Positions 47,247 through 58,401 are shown, counted from the stretch's first letter. The stretch is 64,000 bases of DNA from Calditrichia bacterium (GCA_963796965.1 CAWCNS010000005.1:160001-224000); one strand, 5' to 3'. Numbers and translations are program-made. Notes: generated by a model from the letters alone, not told the origin.

Positions 47247-47368
47247 GAAATACCCAGGATAAATAATATATTAAAAATAATCTATGAAAATCAGCGTTAT
47301 CCGCGTCATCAGTGTTCAATAAATATCGCTGGGCGAATTGAATCATCCATAATTGGAAGGAGTTTTTT

Positions 47369-48394
47369 GTGAAACGAAGTATTATTCTTGTCGTTCTAAT
47401 TTATTCTACTGCATTATTTCTATCAGCCTGCAAAGATTCACAATCTACGCAACCAATTGCTCCACAAACATCAAAAGCCGTTTATGTCTGTAATGCAGGA
47501 GCCTCGAGTATTTCGGTCATTGATCTGATCACGGGTTCAGTAACAAACGATGTTGTAACGGTTGGCACCTGGCCCAACCAACTTGTCTATCAAGATAAAT
47601 TTTTATATTGTGTAAATTCAGGCTCAAATAATATCATGATTTATAATACAGAAAATTGGGAAGCAGCTAACACGATAGAATTAGGTGCCGGGAATAATCC
47701 AATGAATATGGTAATATATAACGACCAGTTGCTATATGTAGCCTGTCTGATTACAAACAAAGTCCTCCAGGTTAACCGGATAGCAGGGTCTGTGAATAAA
47801 AGTATTACTGCCGGTGTGGGCACGACCGGGATAACTTCAGCAGAGGGAAAGATTTTTGCCACAAATACAAATGCTGTTTTTGATGGGGTGGGAGTCGCCT
47901 ATGGAACGGGAACCGTAACTGTCATTGATGGTGATACGGGAGATTCGCTAAATACCATTGCTGTTGGAGTTAATCCCCAATCAATCAGTAAATCACCAGA
48001 CGGAACACTACATGTATTATGCACGGGCAATTATTTCGATTCTTTTGGCAAAGTGATCGTAATTGATCCGACTAATGATCAGATTATTGATTCAGTCTCT
48101 ATTGGTGGATCACCCGGAAGCATTGACGCTACATCAACGGAAGGTATCGGATATTTGTCCAGTTGGGGATTCGGATTGCTATCCTATAATACAGAGAATT
48201 ATTCCATTATCAATGGTACAGATGACTATTTGTTGGGGAAGGGTGGATCAGGAATGGTAAGTGATGGGGCTGGTCATGTATTTGTTTCTGTATGGGAAGA
48301 TAATCAGGTGATTAAAATAGATAAAACGGGTAATACCCTGTCTACCTTTGATGTTGGGTTAAGTCCTCAGGCATTAGCTATCAGGATTGAGTAA
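47369..48394 (+). CDS. YncE/YVTN beta-propeller lipoprotein (BtuG-like)
   Basis: Lipobox LSAC, repeated ISVID / VG..P blades, located downstream of btuB. Confidence 0.78.
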   Translation: MKRSIILVVLIYSTALFLSACKDSQSTQPIAPQTSKAVYVCNAGASSISVIDLITGSVTNDVVTVGTWPNQLVYQDKFLYCVNSGSNNIMIYNTENWEAANTIELGAGNNPMNMVIYNDQLLYVACLITNKVLQVNRIAGSVNKSITAGVGTTGITSAEGKIFATNTNAVFDGVGVAYGTGTVTVIDGDTGDSLNTIAVGVNPQSISKSPDGTLHVLCTGNYFDSFGKVIVIDPTNDQIIDSVSIGGSPGSIDATSTEGIGYLSSWGFGLLSYNTENYSIINGTDDYLLGKGGSGMVSDGAGHVFVSVWEDNQVIKIDKTGNTLSTFDVGLSPQALAIRIE

Positions 48395-48496
48395 GAAACA
48401 GTCTAAAATTAATATTTCGGCTTTATTATCTCTGTTTCAATCATTTAAATTATAGTTCTTTATACTTGCTGATAACTAATTGATAGGAGATTTAAA

Positions 48497-48994
48497 ATGC
48501 ATGAGAAAAGTGTCAAATTACTCAATAAAGCAATAGCCGATGAACTCACGGCTGTGCATCAATATATGTATTTTCATTTTCACTGTGATGATCAGGGGTA
48601 TGACCTGATAGCTGGTCTTTTTAAACGCACTGCCATTGAAGAGATGCTCCATGTGGAAAGGTTAGCTGAACGTATACTGTTTTTGAAAGGTGAAGTTGAA
48701 ATGTTGGTTGCAGAAGAAGTAAAAAAAATCCATGATGTGAAGAAAATGCTTCAGCTGGCAACAAAAATGGAAGAGAGTAGTGCAAGAGACTATAATCTCT
48801 GGGCAAATGAATGCTCTCAAAATGCTGATTCGGTTTCAAAAAAATTATTTGAAGATTTGGTGATGGATGAAGAAAGTCATTTTGACCAATATGATACGGA
48901 GAAGGATAATCTGGAGAAATTTGGAGAGAAATACCTGGTCTTGCAGTCGATTGAGAGGAGTAAAAATCTGTCGATGGGTAGTGGAGGGGAGTAA
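48497..48994 (+). CDS. bfr: Bacterioferritin
   Basis: ELTAVHQY, EEMLHVERLAERILFL (ferroxidase ligands and haem Met) and DEESH. Confidence 0.92.
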   Translation: MHEKSVKLLNKAIADELTAVHQYMYFHFHCDDQGYDLIAGLFKRTAIEEMLHVERLAERILFLKGEVEMLVAEEVKKIHDVKKMLQLATKMEESSARDYNLWANECSQNADSVSKKLFEDLVMDEESHFDQYDTEKDNLEKFGEKYLVLQSIERSKNLSMGSGGE

Positions 48995-49141
48995 AGTTAA
49001 AAGGAAAAAGCAAAAGGGTAAAAGGTTTAATGAAATTAGTTTCCTTTTAGCCTTATTATTTAAAAAAATCTCTAGATATTCTGCATTGAATAATTCGATT
49101 AAATTGACATGATGGTATTTTTAAGATTAAGGAATGTCTAT

Positions 49142-50026
49142 ATGTATATAAAATTAATTTCGATTACGGTATTAACATTAATTTTTACCTGCGGTTTATT
49201 TGCACAGGATACTGCGCAGGATAAAAAAAGATCAGATGATGAAGGAAAAGTTGAGGAGGTAATTGACTGGGCCTGGCCTGGTAAATTTTATCCCTTTATA
49301 GAAGTAAGCGCAGGCTTGTCAACAATTAAGCCAGGAAGAATTTCAAGGACAGTTACCTGAAGAACACTCATTGAACTTAAAATTGGGATATAGTCAACTT
49401 AAAGAATATGAGAAAACTATTTGGGAACTGGATGAACGATTTGTATATGGCTCCTATATGGCGGATAACGTCATCTCTGCAATGAATCCGGAAAGCGGGG
49501 ATTTCATGGCAAAACTTACCCGTTTTGGATTTGGTAATCGCCTTGGTTATGGTTACCAAATGAAACTGTTGTTTTGATTCTTTACAATCAGAATGGCCTC
49601 AACTGGACAAAGATTGAAACAAGCGACTATAATTCCTTATCTGAGGAAGATATGTCAATTATAGAACGTTATGAAGGTACTTATCGATTTGGAATGAATA
49701 CGGAAGGGGGCATTCGACTGGAATTTGTCAAATCTCTTTCACTCACCGGCTCATATGATATCTCGGTGATATATCCCAGACATGTTTTTTGGCCATGGTT
49801 GGGTAGTTATGCAATCTTAAATATTGCCATGGGCATGGTTTCCAGCTTTACTGATGATATCATTCGCTCTTCCCCTGCTGCGGGTCCCATCTTTTATTTT
49901 TTATTGAAAAATGGAATAGCTTTTGCTTATTATCAGGGTGTGAAAGATAAAATGAACTGGCCCTTTAACTCTGAAACACCAATGATGACTGAAACATTTA
50001 AAATTGGGTTATCGTATACATTTTAA
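49142..50026 (+). CDS. Exported/outer-membrane hypothetical protein; two frameshifts
   Basis: Three consecutive ORF fragments, a signal peptide and a terminal beta-signal-like IGLSYTF. Confidence 0.6.
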
Positions 50027-50335
50027 TAACTCAAATATGTACAAGTTCCGTTCAACATCATTAAACTTATCATGTCACAATTTTACATTTCTTGTTTATC
50101 CGAATTCATCATTTAATTGTTAAAGATCATACTAAGATAATTCTGTCACAATTACCATTATTCAGAAAAATTTGTATTAAGGACAATATTCCTTTAATGG
50201 AAAAAATGCAGAAAACTGGGAATATGAACTAACTTTATATAGTTAATCATCACAGAATTTATTAAATTCAAGTCTTATACAATTCTTTAAACTATAAAAA
50301 AAATAAAAAATTTCGCAAGTTGAAAGGAGAACAGA

Positions 50336-50994
50336 ATGCATAGGAAATTTTACTATTTAATTTTACTATCGTTATTTTAACAGTTGTCATGCAGCCTACG
50401 ATGTCACAAGCCCAGGTAAGATTTGAGATAACACCTTATTATGGCTATCTCTTGAGTACCAATGTCAGAGCTGTTCAGGGGGATTTTATTGTAAAAGATT
50501 CGCCAGATTATGGAATTAGTCTCAATATTGGTCACGAAAAACTTCCTGGTGGAATGATGATTCAACTTCTCTATAACCGCCAAGATACAGATGCCCAGTT
50601 AAAAGAATATCCTTCGGGAACCAGAAGGGATTTATGGCCTTTGACGATAGAATACTTCCAAATTGGTATTGTCCGACCTGTAAAAATGGGAAAGGTACGA
50701 CCCTATGGGGTTGTCGGAATTGGTGCTTCGAACTGGACCCCGGGTGGTGATTCAGAATGGGGAAATGAATGGTTTTTTGCTGCGAATTTTGGAGGTGGTG
50801 CAACCATATTCTTTTCCGAAACAGTCGGACTGCAACTTCAGGCGAGGGCGATATTCCCCATGAGTTTTAGTGGTGGCGGTTTCTGGTGCGGTACGGGGGG
50901 ATGTAGTGTTGGTATCGGCAGTTATGGATTTATAGCCCATTTTGATTTTACGGCTGGTATTACCATCGCCTTAGGTGGTAAGAAGAAGAGATAG
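50336..50994 (+). CDS. Small outer-membrane beta-barrel protein
   Basis: ATG 50336 has an AGGAG RBS (frameshift in the signal peptide). FEITPYYGY, RPYGVVGIG and alternating beta strands. Confidence 0.75.
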
Positions 50995-51040
50995 TAAATA
51001 TTTTTATATATAATATATTGAAAAATAAGGAGATAGAAGC

Positions 51041-51697
51041 ATGAAAATCTTTAATTGGTCAGGCTCATGGTATAAATTAGCATTGGTAGTAATGAGCCTA
51101 TCACTCGTACTATTCCTTTGGTCCTGTTATCCAGATGGTGGCTTTCAAAGTATTGGTGACTATGATTTAATCGTCACACAGTATGATCCAGAGGTAGATT
51201 TTAACACATTTAGTACTTATGTCATCCCAGATTCAATAATTCATATCGTACCTGAAGATAAAGAGGATGATATTACCCATGAATATGATGCTCGGATTCT
51301 TGCTGAAGTGATTGACAATATGAATAATCTTGGCTATTCCAAAGTTGATACCTCTCAAAATCCAACTCTTACAGTGCTGGTTTATGCAACTTCAACCACC
51401 TGGAGAGGTTATACCTATTATCCCGGAGGGGGATATTGGGGATGGTGGGGTTATTATCCACCCTACTGGGGACCTGGTTATGGCGGCTGGGCAGTGCCAT
51501 ATGAATATACCACAGGAACATTGGCTATCGAAATGATCGATAATTCAACCTTTAATCCAGTTGATTCAACTTACCAGGCTAATTGGGGAGCAGGCATTCT
51601 TGGTTTGCTGGATGATACGAAATCTAATATTGAATACCGCCTGACAAGAGATATTGACCAGGCATTTAAGCAATCGCCTTATCTTGGTACGAACTAA
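51041..51697 (+). CDS. DUF4136-family lipoprotein
   Basis: Lipobox LWSC, YDPEVDFNTFSTY, a Gly/Tyr/Trp-rich loop, YTTGTLAIEMID and IDQAFKQSPY. Confidence 0.82.
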   Translation: MKIFNWSGSWYKLALVVMSLSLVLFLWSCYPDGGFQSIGDYDLIVTQYDPEVDFNTFSTYVIPDSIIHIVPEDKEDDITHEYDARILAEVIDNMNNLGYSKVDTSQNPTLTVLVYATSTTWRGYTYYPGGGYWGWWGYYPPYWGPGYGGWAVPYEYTTGTLAIEMIDNSTFNPVDSTYQANWGAGILGLLDDTKSNIEYRLTRDIDQAFKQSPYLGTN

Positions 51698-51748
51698 TAT
51701 TTCCCAAAGAACAAATTAAAAATTGATATAAATAATAAGAGGTAAAAA

Positions 51749-52336
51749 ATGAAATATATATCGGTAATTCTATTAGTTGTCATGATGAGTGTTGCCGCCA
51801 ATGCCCAGTCGAGTCTATTTGGAATGACCTATGACGTTTCCATACCATTAGGTGATACAGAGGAGGCCTTTAGTGGTGCACAATGGCGTGGTTTCGGTCT
51901 TGAAGGCCGATGGTATTCAAATAAAAACTTATCCTTTGGTTTTTCCTGGGATTGGAATGTTTTCCATGATGTGGTCCTGGAAACTGTGCAGCTCGAAAGA
52001 GGTGCCGTAACGGGATATCAGAATCGCACGCTTAATGCTTTTCCATTTCTCGCTACAGGCCAGTATTACTTCGGAGGCAAAAGTGTTCAGCCTTATCTTG
52101 GCCTGGGAGTCGGCGCCTACTATATCAAGAGGAAATTTGATATCGGAATTTTATCAACAAATACAAATACATGGCAATTTGGCTTGGCACCAGAAATTGG
52201 TTTTCTTTTTCCTATGGATATGGGCTTTAACATCCTGTTAAAACTAAGATATAATTACGCTATGGAAGCTGGGGATTCCAAAGCGGTTTCTTATTTTGGT
52301 ATTAATGTAGGATTTGCTTCTGTCTCTCTATGGTAA
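51749..52336 (+). CDS. Small outer-membrane beta-barrel protein (OmpW/OmpA-TM-like)
   Basis: Signal peptide, QPYLGLGVG, FGLAPEIG and GINVGF. Confidence 0.8.
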   Translation: MKYISVILLVVMMSVAANAQSSLFGMTYDVSIPLGDTEEAFSGAQWRGFGLEGRWYSNKNLSFGFSWDWNVFHDVVLETVQLERGAVTGYQNRTLNAFPFLATGQYYFGGKSVQPYLGLGVGAYYIKRKFDIGILSTNTNTWQFGLAPEIGFLFPMDMGFNILLKLRYNYAMEAGDSKAVSYFGINVGFASVSLW

Positions 52337-52380
52337 TAATATTCTAAATAAATATATCTTGTAATTTCTAATTGGACCTA

Positions 52381-52434
52381 GTTGCTTCCTTGCCTTAACC
52401 GCTAATTGTAAACAGTAATTGGCAGGGAAGCAAC
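52381..52434. other. Intergenic hairpin with long loop
   Basis: gttgcttccttgcc pairs with ggcagggaagcaac. Confidence 0.55.
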
Positions 52435-52514
52435 AAGTCTGAAAAAGAGTATATCTCATACAACTTATCTATACAATTCTAAATAAAAATAATATTTAAA
52501 GGAGGATTATCATA

Positions 52515-52967
52515 ATGGTAAAGACAACATTATTATTCGTTTTTCTGTTTGGAACACTCGCTTATTCACAAACAACTTCATATCTTGAAGTCTTAAAATC
52601 AGATGTACGAACCCAGCGACGCGCTTTGATAACGGGTGCCATGTCATTAACTGAGGAGCAAGCGCAAAAATTCTGGCCAATTTATAAAGAATATGAAGCT
52701 GAGACCGATAAACTTGTCGATCGTGAGCTTGAGTTGATAAAAAAATATGCAGACATGTACAAAGGTATGACCGATGAGGTAGCAGATGCCTTGCTAAATG
52801 ATGCGATGGATATCGATCAGAAGCAATTGGATTTAAATAAAAAATATTATAAGAAGATGAAAAAAGAACTGGGTGGGAAAGTATCGGCCAAATTTAGAAT
52901 GGTTGATAATCGCATAAACCTGATGATTAATCTTCAGATTGCGGCTTCAGTTCCAGTCATTGAATAG
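52515..52967 (+). CDS. Periplasmic alpha-helical protein (Spy/CpxP-like)
   Basis: Signal peptide and LTEEQAQKFWPIYKEY. Confidence 0.65.
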   Translation: MVKTTLLFVFLFGTLAYSQTTSYLEVLKSDVRTQRRALITGAMSLTEEQAQKFWPIYKEYEAETDKLVDRELELIKKYADMYKGMTDEVADALLNDAMDIDQKQLDLNKKYYKKMKKELGGKVSAKFRMVDNRINLMINLQIAASVPVIE

Positions 52968-52982
52968 CATTTAATCTTCATT

Positions 52983-53006
52983 GGGGAGAATTTTTTTCTC
53001 CCCTTT
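52983..53006 (+). terminator. Probable intrinsic terminator
   Basis: ggggagaa...ttctcccc followed by Ts. Confidence 0.6.
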
Positions 53007-53260
53007 CTTATATCCCCTCATGAGACTAAATAGTATAAACTCAGCCAGACTTCACTCTAAATTATCTGAGAAATAGGTCAAAATGTACCCCCCATATCAA
53101 TTTAAAAATGATTGTACGCATTTAATTGTTGTGGATGATGGATAATAGTCAAGGTCTTTTCAGAGTTTTGCAATTTGTCTTTCTTTAAAATAGTTTATAT
53201 TTTTACTCTGCCTTTTATAAAACACATTTTAATTAAAATTCAATTTATTGGGAGAATATC

Positions 53261-54127
53261 ATGTTTAAGAGATTTACAGTTGTAATCATTGTTTTTTGTT
53301 TTCTTATATCCTCAGTTTTTTCACAGGATGCGGAGAAAGAAAAAAAAGAAGAGCCTACCTATGGATGGGAAAATAAATTTATCGGAACCATAAATCTTAC
53401 CCAAACATCTCTTAGTAACTGGACACAAGGGGGCGATAACGCCTGGAGCTGGCAGGCAAATATCAATGGTGTTTTCGAGCAGAAAGAAGAGGGATTTAAC
53501 TGGAAAAATACCGTCCAGCTACTTTATGGTAAATCAAAAATAGGCTCTGATGATCCCAAGAAAACGGACGATCAGATATTTCTTGAAACGGTTTATACCT
53601 ATAAGATGGGGAATATACTTAATCCATATATTGGTGGATCAGCGCTTACACAGTTCACAACCGGGTATAGTTATGATACGAAGCCTCCGATTAAAGTGTC
53701 AGGATTCCTTGATCCGGGCTATTTTCGAGAAGGAATTGGTGTTGAATACAAACCGTCAGAAAATTTTGACACCCGCCTTGGTTTTGCTATGCGCCAAACA
53801 ATTGCTGATGTATATGCGGCAACGTATAGTGATGATCCGGAAACTGAAAGTATTGAAAAGTTTTCTAATCAGATAGGTGCTGAATCTGTTACGAACTTTT
53901 CTACTAATTTGAGTAAACTGATCGTATATGTTACCAAGCTGGAACTCTTTTCTGAATTAAAAGCAATTAATCAGACGGTTGTTAGGTGGGACAATTTGAT
54001 CTCTTCTCAGGTAGCAGATTACATTTCTGTCAGTTTTAGCTTTAAACTATACTATGAACCGCGGGTCTCAATCCAACGTCAATTAAACCAAACGCTGGCG
54101 GTAGGTTTAACATATTCATTTTTATAA
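53261..54127 (+). CDS. DUF3078-family outer-membrane protein
   Basis: Signal peptide, Q..LSNWTQGG, KKTDD, TQFTTGY and terminal GLTYSF. Confidence 0.85.
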   Translation: MFKRFTVVIIVFCFLISSVFSQDAEKEKKEEPTYGWENKFIGTINLTQTSLSNWTQGGDNAWSWQANINGVFEQKEEGFNWKNTVQLLYGKSKIGSDDPKKTDDQIFLETVYTYKMGNILNPYIGGSALTQFTTGYSYDTKPPIKVSGFLDPGYFREGIGVEYKPSENFDTRLGFAMRQTIADVYAATYSDDPETESIEKFSNQIGAESVTNFSTNLSKLIVYVTKLELFSELKAINQTVVRWDNLISSQVADYISVSFSFKLYYEPRVSIQRQLNQTLAVGLTYSFL

Positions 54128-54251
54128 AAAAATAAACTTAAAAGGGTTGGGTAAATAAGATAAAATTATCCTACCGGGATGCACAATACATCACACGTGT
54201 TTATCAAATTATATATTTGAATAGGAATAACTCCCTTCACCAAGGTAAAAG

Positions 54252-56112
54252 ATGGGTATGAAAATATTCAAAAATAAAATTGTTCTCTTGGCCATCATTG
54301 TTATTGTTACTTTTACGATGATGGGATTCTTTTCCTATTCTTATCTCACGTCTGTTGAGGAAAAGGTGGAAGAGCAAACTATATCACCACTAGTAAAGTC
54401 CATTGAATATAATCTGCGTCAATTGGAATCAAAAGGATATTCAATTAGGTCAAAAAAAGGGCGAGCAGAAATAAATAAACTATTCACCTCCCTTATTGAT
54501 TCGAGCAGCAATCTTTCCGGTATTCGTATTATTGATCAATCACAAATTGTACGTGTTAGCAATAACTTGAAGGAAGAGGGAACTAATTTTAATGAAGAAG
54601 ATCTGGACATTCCTAATTCAAGTGAAGATTTTAAACGTTTTGTTTTTGTGAATAAAACCGGTGAAAAAAAAGTAGGAATATTAATTCCCTTAAAAAATAA
54701 AAAAGGGAATGTTACTTTACATCTCAACCTAATCTACAATGAAGATATCTTCGGAGGATATTTAGGACCTATTCAATATATATTTCCCACACTTTTGGTA
54801 TTATTCGTCCTGGTATTATTTTATACCATTACTATGCAAAAAAAAATTTACAGAAATCCACTCGAACATTTGGATAATGCTATATCAAAAATGGATGAAG
54901 AAGATTACTCCTACCGGGTAAAGTACCAAAATAAAGATGAATTTACCGATACTTTTATGAAATTAAACCGGACGATTGAAAAGGTTGAATATCTTAAAGA
55001 AGACTATAAAAATGCTGAAAAAAGGATCGTTTCTTTGTTAAAGGCGGTAAATGAAGGGATCTGGTGGTAGATACAAAAAAAAATGTAACTTCATTTAATG
55101 ATGCAACATACCGCTATTTTAAATCCACGAAAGAAGATTTTCCTGAATGGTTTGTGAATATTTTGGCGACAAATCGGGAACTCAACTGATTTGCTCACAT
55201 TGCGTTCTAAAAGATGAATCAAGAGTAAGGGAGAAGGAGTTAACCGTTTTTCTTCCCGACGAATCGGAAATTTTAATAAGACTGAGTATTCAGGCTCTGA
55301 AGGAGGATGAAAAGGTGCAGGGGGCCGTACTCACATTTAAAGATCTCAGATCGATCAATGAATTGGAAAATAATCTTTTAAGGTCAATGAAATTTGGTGT
55401 AATTGCCAATTTGGCCTCCTCAATCAGCCATGAAATTAAGAATCCACTTAAGTGCAATGGCACTTCATGCAGAAATTCTGGAGGGTCGTTTAAAAAAATA
55501 GAATTTGATCAAAAAACACAGGTGTTAAGAATCTCTTGAAACATTGCAGGATGAGTCAAGACGACTTAAACGGATTATTCAGCAATTCTTAACCCTGGCG
55601 CGCCCCTCAAAACTTGAATTAAATTTAATCCATCCCAACAGAGATAATTGAAGAAGTCCTTGAATTGGTCCACCAACAAGCACAGGAGGAGGGACTTTCG
55701 ATTTTTTCAGATCTTGATCCTTCTATTGGTGTAATCTATGGAGACGAAGACCAGTTAAAACAAGTAATTCTTAATATCATTCTTAATGCGTTCTCTGCAT
55801 ACGGATATGGGAGGTCATGTTGATGTGATTAGCAATAAAGGAATGATAGGGTTTTAATTCAAATAAAAGATTCCGGGAAGAGGGATACCTCGCGATATAA
55901 GGGATAAAATTTTTGATCTGTATTTTACAACTAAAAAGGATGGCGGTGGTATTGGACTTTCCGTTTGCCAAAACATTATAAAAGCCCATGATGGTCGAAT
56001 TGAATTTGAGACTGAAGAGGGTAAGGGGACAACTTTTAATATTCATTTTCCGGCCAAAGATCCGACCACTATTCGTAGTACACGCATTAAGCCATTAAAA
56101 AAATCTACCTGA
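54252..56112 (+). CDS. Membrane sensor histidine kinase (periplasmic sensor, HAMP, PAS-like, HisKA, HATPase); several frameshifts
   Basis: Two TMs, H-box ISHEIKNPL, N-box QLKQVILNIILNA, and DSGRGIP plus YFTTKKDGGGIGL in downstream frames. Stop at 56112. Confidence 0.85.
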
Positions 56113-56423
56113 ATACAATTATTCCCATTTCATATTTCTTATAAAGATAATTCCATTTATATGTTATTAACTTACATTGTAGAGATACAACATACCATGT
56201 TTCCAGGCATATGGCCGGTCCTTAATTTTATACCGCAATCAATTTTAATCACCAAATTCGGGGTCTGTTCACATTTGAATTTTCCATAAGTTCAACCATT
56301 TATATCTTTGATATTTAATACCATAATAGCGGTTTTATTAACATTAAAAAAAATAGACAAAATTGGAACCTTTCTTTAGTCCGACAGTTATAACAATCAA
56401 TAGTTGCCTCCAAACAACCTGAC

Positions 56424-56489
56424 GGGCAAAGGTTTTTACCCTCTATCACCCTCCCATATAGATAAGAAAACCTTTGCCCATTTTTTTTT
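56424..56489 (+). other. 13-bp perfect inverted repeat with 30-nt loop followed by a T run
   Basis: gggcaaaggtttt (56424-56436) pairs with aaaacctttgccc (56467-56479), then a T run. Confidence 0.6.
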
Positions 56490-56597
56490 CTTCTCAAACT
56501 AATCCAAGGCGTTGATATCCGAAAGAGTATTGTATTTAGTTAAATATATATGTACTTTCATCGCCAAACTTCTAATCATGTGTAATATTAGGGATAT

Positions 56598-57215
56598 ATG
56601 AGTTCAAAGGTAATAGACATTAGGGTGGATAATCCGGATCAACGCCGCGTGGATCTGGCCGTTGATAAAATACAGAAGGGTGGAATAATTTGTTATCCAA
56701 CCGACACTGTATATGGAATTGGAACATCCATTACTAATGGAAGGGCTATCGAGCAGATTGATCGAATAAAAAGAATAGCAAATAAAAAGCTGTTGAGTCT
56801 GATTTGCAAAGATCTGAAAGATATCTCTCAATATGCCTATGTTTCCAATCAGGCATATAAGATCATGCGCAGGTGTCTTCCTGGTCCATTTACTTTTATC
56901 CTTCCTGCCACCAGTGAAACGCCGAAACGATTATCCCATAAAAGAAGAACAGTTGGTATTCGAATACCTGACAATCTTCTTTGCCAGGCCTTGGTTGAAT
57001 GTCTTGGTTCGCCCTTGATTAATACAAGTGTTCCTGCTGGCCCGGATGAAATTCTTAATGATCCTTATGAAATTGAGAGACGTATTGGAAATGATCTGGA
57101 AATAATTTTTAATGGTGGCATTCTTCTTTCAGAACCTTCTACCGTTGTTGATCTTACAGATTACGCACCACAAATTATTCGCGAGGGCGCGGGGGAAATT
57201 TCTCTGATTTACTAA
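56598..57215 (+). CDS. Sua5/YciO/YrdC (threonylcarbamoyl-AMP synthase) family protein, YciO-like
   Basis: YPTDTVYGIG, LPGPFTFIL, TVGIRIP, STVVDL and REGAG. Confidence 0.92.
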   Translation: MSSKVIDIRVDNPDQRRVDLAVDKIQKGGIICYPTDTVYGIGTSITNGRAIEQIDRIKRIANKKLLSLICKDLKDISQYAYVSNQAYKIMRRCLPGPFTFILPATSETPKRLSHKRRTVGIRIPDNLLCQALVECLGSPLINTSVPAGPDEILNDPYEIERRIGNDLEIIFNGGILLSEPSTVVDLTDYAPQIIREGAGEISLIY

Positions 57216-57250
57216 CCTCGTCTGTTAATCAAATAATCATATCCACCTAT

Positions 57251-57355
57251 ATCACGAATTTTAACGAATTTCACGAATTAGAAAAAATATAATAATAATT
57301 ATTTCTCTGCGCCTTTGCGGCTTTCTGAGAAATATCTTTGTGATCTTTGCGTTAA
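57251..57355. repeat. Degenerate REP-like 8-10-nt tandem units
   Basis: (acgaatt)x3 and ctctgcgc/ctttgcgg...ctttgtga/ctttgcgt units of the same style as 47104-47246. Confidence 0.5.
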
Positions 57356-57398
57356 ATGAGTATATCCATTTTGTATAAATTATATTGAAAGTTGTAAG

Positions 57399-58265
57399 AT
57401 GGCTAAGATTAGAATTGGTACCTGCAGCTGGAAATACGAGTCCTGGAAGGGACTTGTCTACAGCGAACAAGCAAAGAAAAATTATTTATCTGAATATTCT
57501 CAAAAATACGATACTGTTGAAGTTGATCAATGGTTCTGGTCCTTATTTGGAGTTGATAAAGTCTCTCTGCCCTCTGAAAAAGTCGTCAAAGAATATAGTG
57601 AATCCGTACCGGAAAATTTTAGATTCACCATAAAGGTACCAAATAGTATAACGTTGACACATTTTTACAGAAAAAATAAGGCGGCATCATTAGAGGAAAA
57701 TCCACATTTTTTATCCAAAGATCTCTTTTTAACTTTTTTAGATACTTTAAAACCACTACACGACAAAATTGGTCTTTTCATGTTTCAATTTGAATATCTG
57801 AATAAACAAAAAATGTCCTCCCAGTATGAATTCCTTGATAAATTCGGGAAATTTTTAAATGAATGTGATCAAAGATTTAACTATGCTGTCGAGACACGAA
57901 ATCCCTACTACCTTAATAAAGGGTATTTCGATTTTTTAAATGATTTTAAAATGGGCCATGTCTTTTTGCAGGGTTATTTTATGCCTGATATAAATGAGGT
58001 CTATCAGAAATACGGTAAATTGATTTTTGAGACTTCTGTTATTCGTCTCCACGGTCCGGATCGGAAGGAAATAGAGATAAAGAGTAAGGGTGTTTGGAAT
58101 AAAATTCTGGATAATAGGGATGATGAAATATCAAGAATAACGAAAATTATCGAAGAATTGCATTCGAGACATCTTGATGTCTATGCAAATGTTAATAATC
58201 ATTACGAAGGATCGGCACCTTTAACAATTGAGAAAATCAGGAATCTACTTTTTGGAGAACAGTAG
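57399..58265 (+). CDS. DUF72 (YecE-like) TIM-barrel protein
   Basis: IGTCSWKY..WKGLVY, TVEVD, FRFTIKVP..ITLTH, AVETR, RLHG and NNHYEG.AP. Confidence 0.92.
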   Translation: MAKIRIGTCSWKYESWKGLVYSEQAKKNYLSEYSQKYDTVEVDQWFWSLFGVDKVSLPSEKVVKEYSESVPENFRFTIKVPNSITLTHFYRKNKAASLEENPHFLSKDLFLTFLDTLKPLHDKIGLFMFQFEYLNKQKMSSQYEFLDKFGKFLNECDQRFNYAVETRNPYYLNKGYFDFLNDFKMGHVFLQGYFMPDINEVYQKYGKLIFETSVIRLHGPDRKEIEIKSKGVWNKILDNRDDEISRITKIIEELHSRHLDVYANVNNHYEGSAPLTIEKIRNLLFGEQ

Positions 58266-58401
58266 AGACATTATTCAAAATAATTCTATTATCAGGGATT
58301 GGGAATCAGGAATTAAATCATAAATCCACTAAATACTGTCAATCCTTTATTTAATAAGGTAGAGATATACAAAAGCAGGGCCCTACATGAAAGAGAATCA
58401 A

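Noticed and set aside
56315..56497. 60-aa Cys-containing minus-strand ORF
   Set aside because: It has no ATG start or convincing RBS, overlaps the hairpin and matches no family I recognise.
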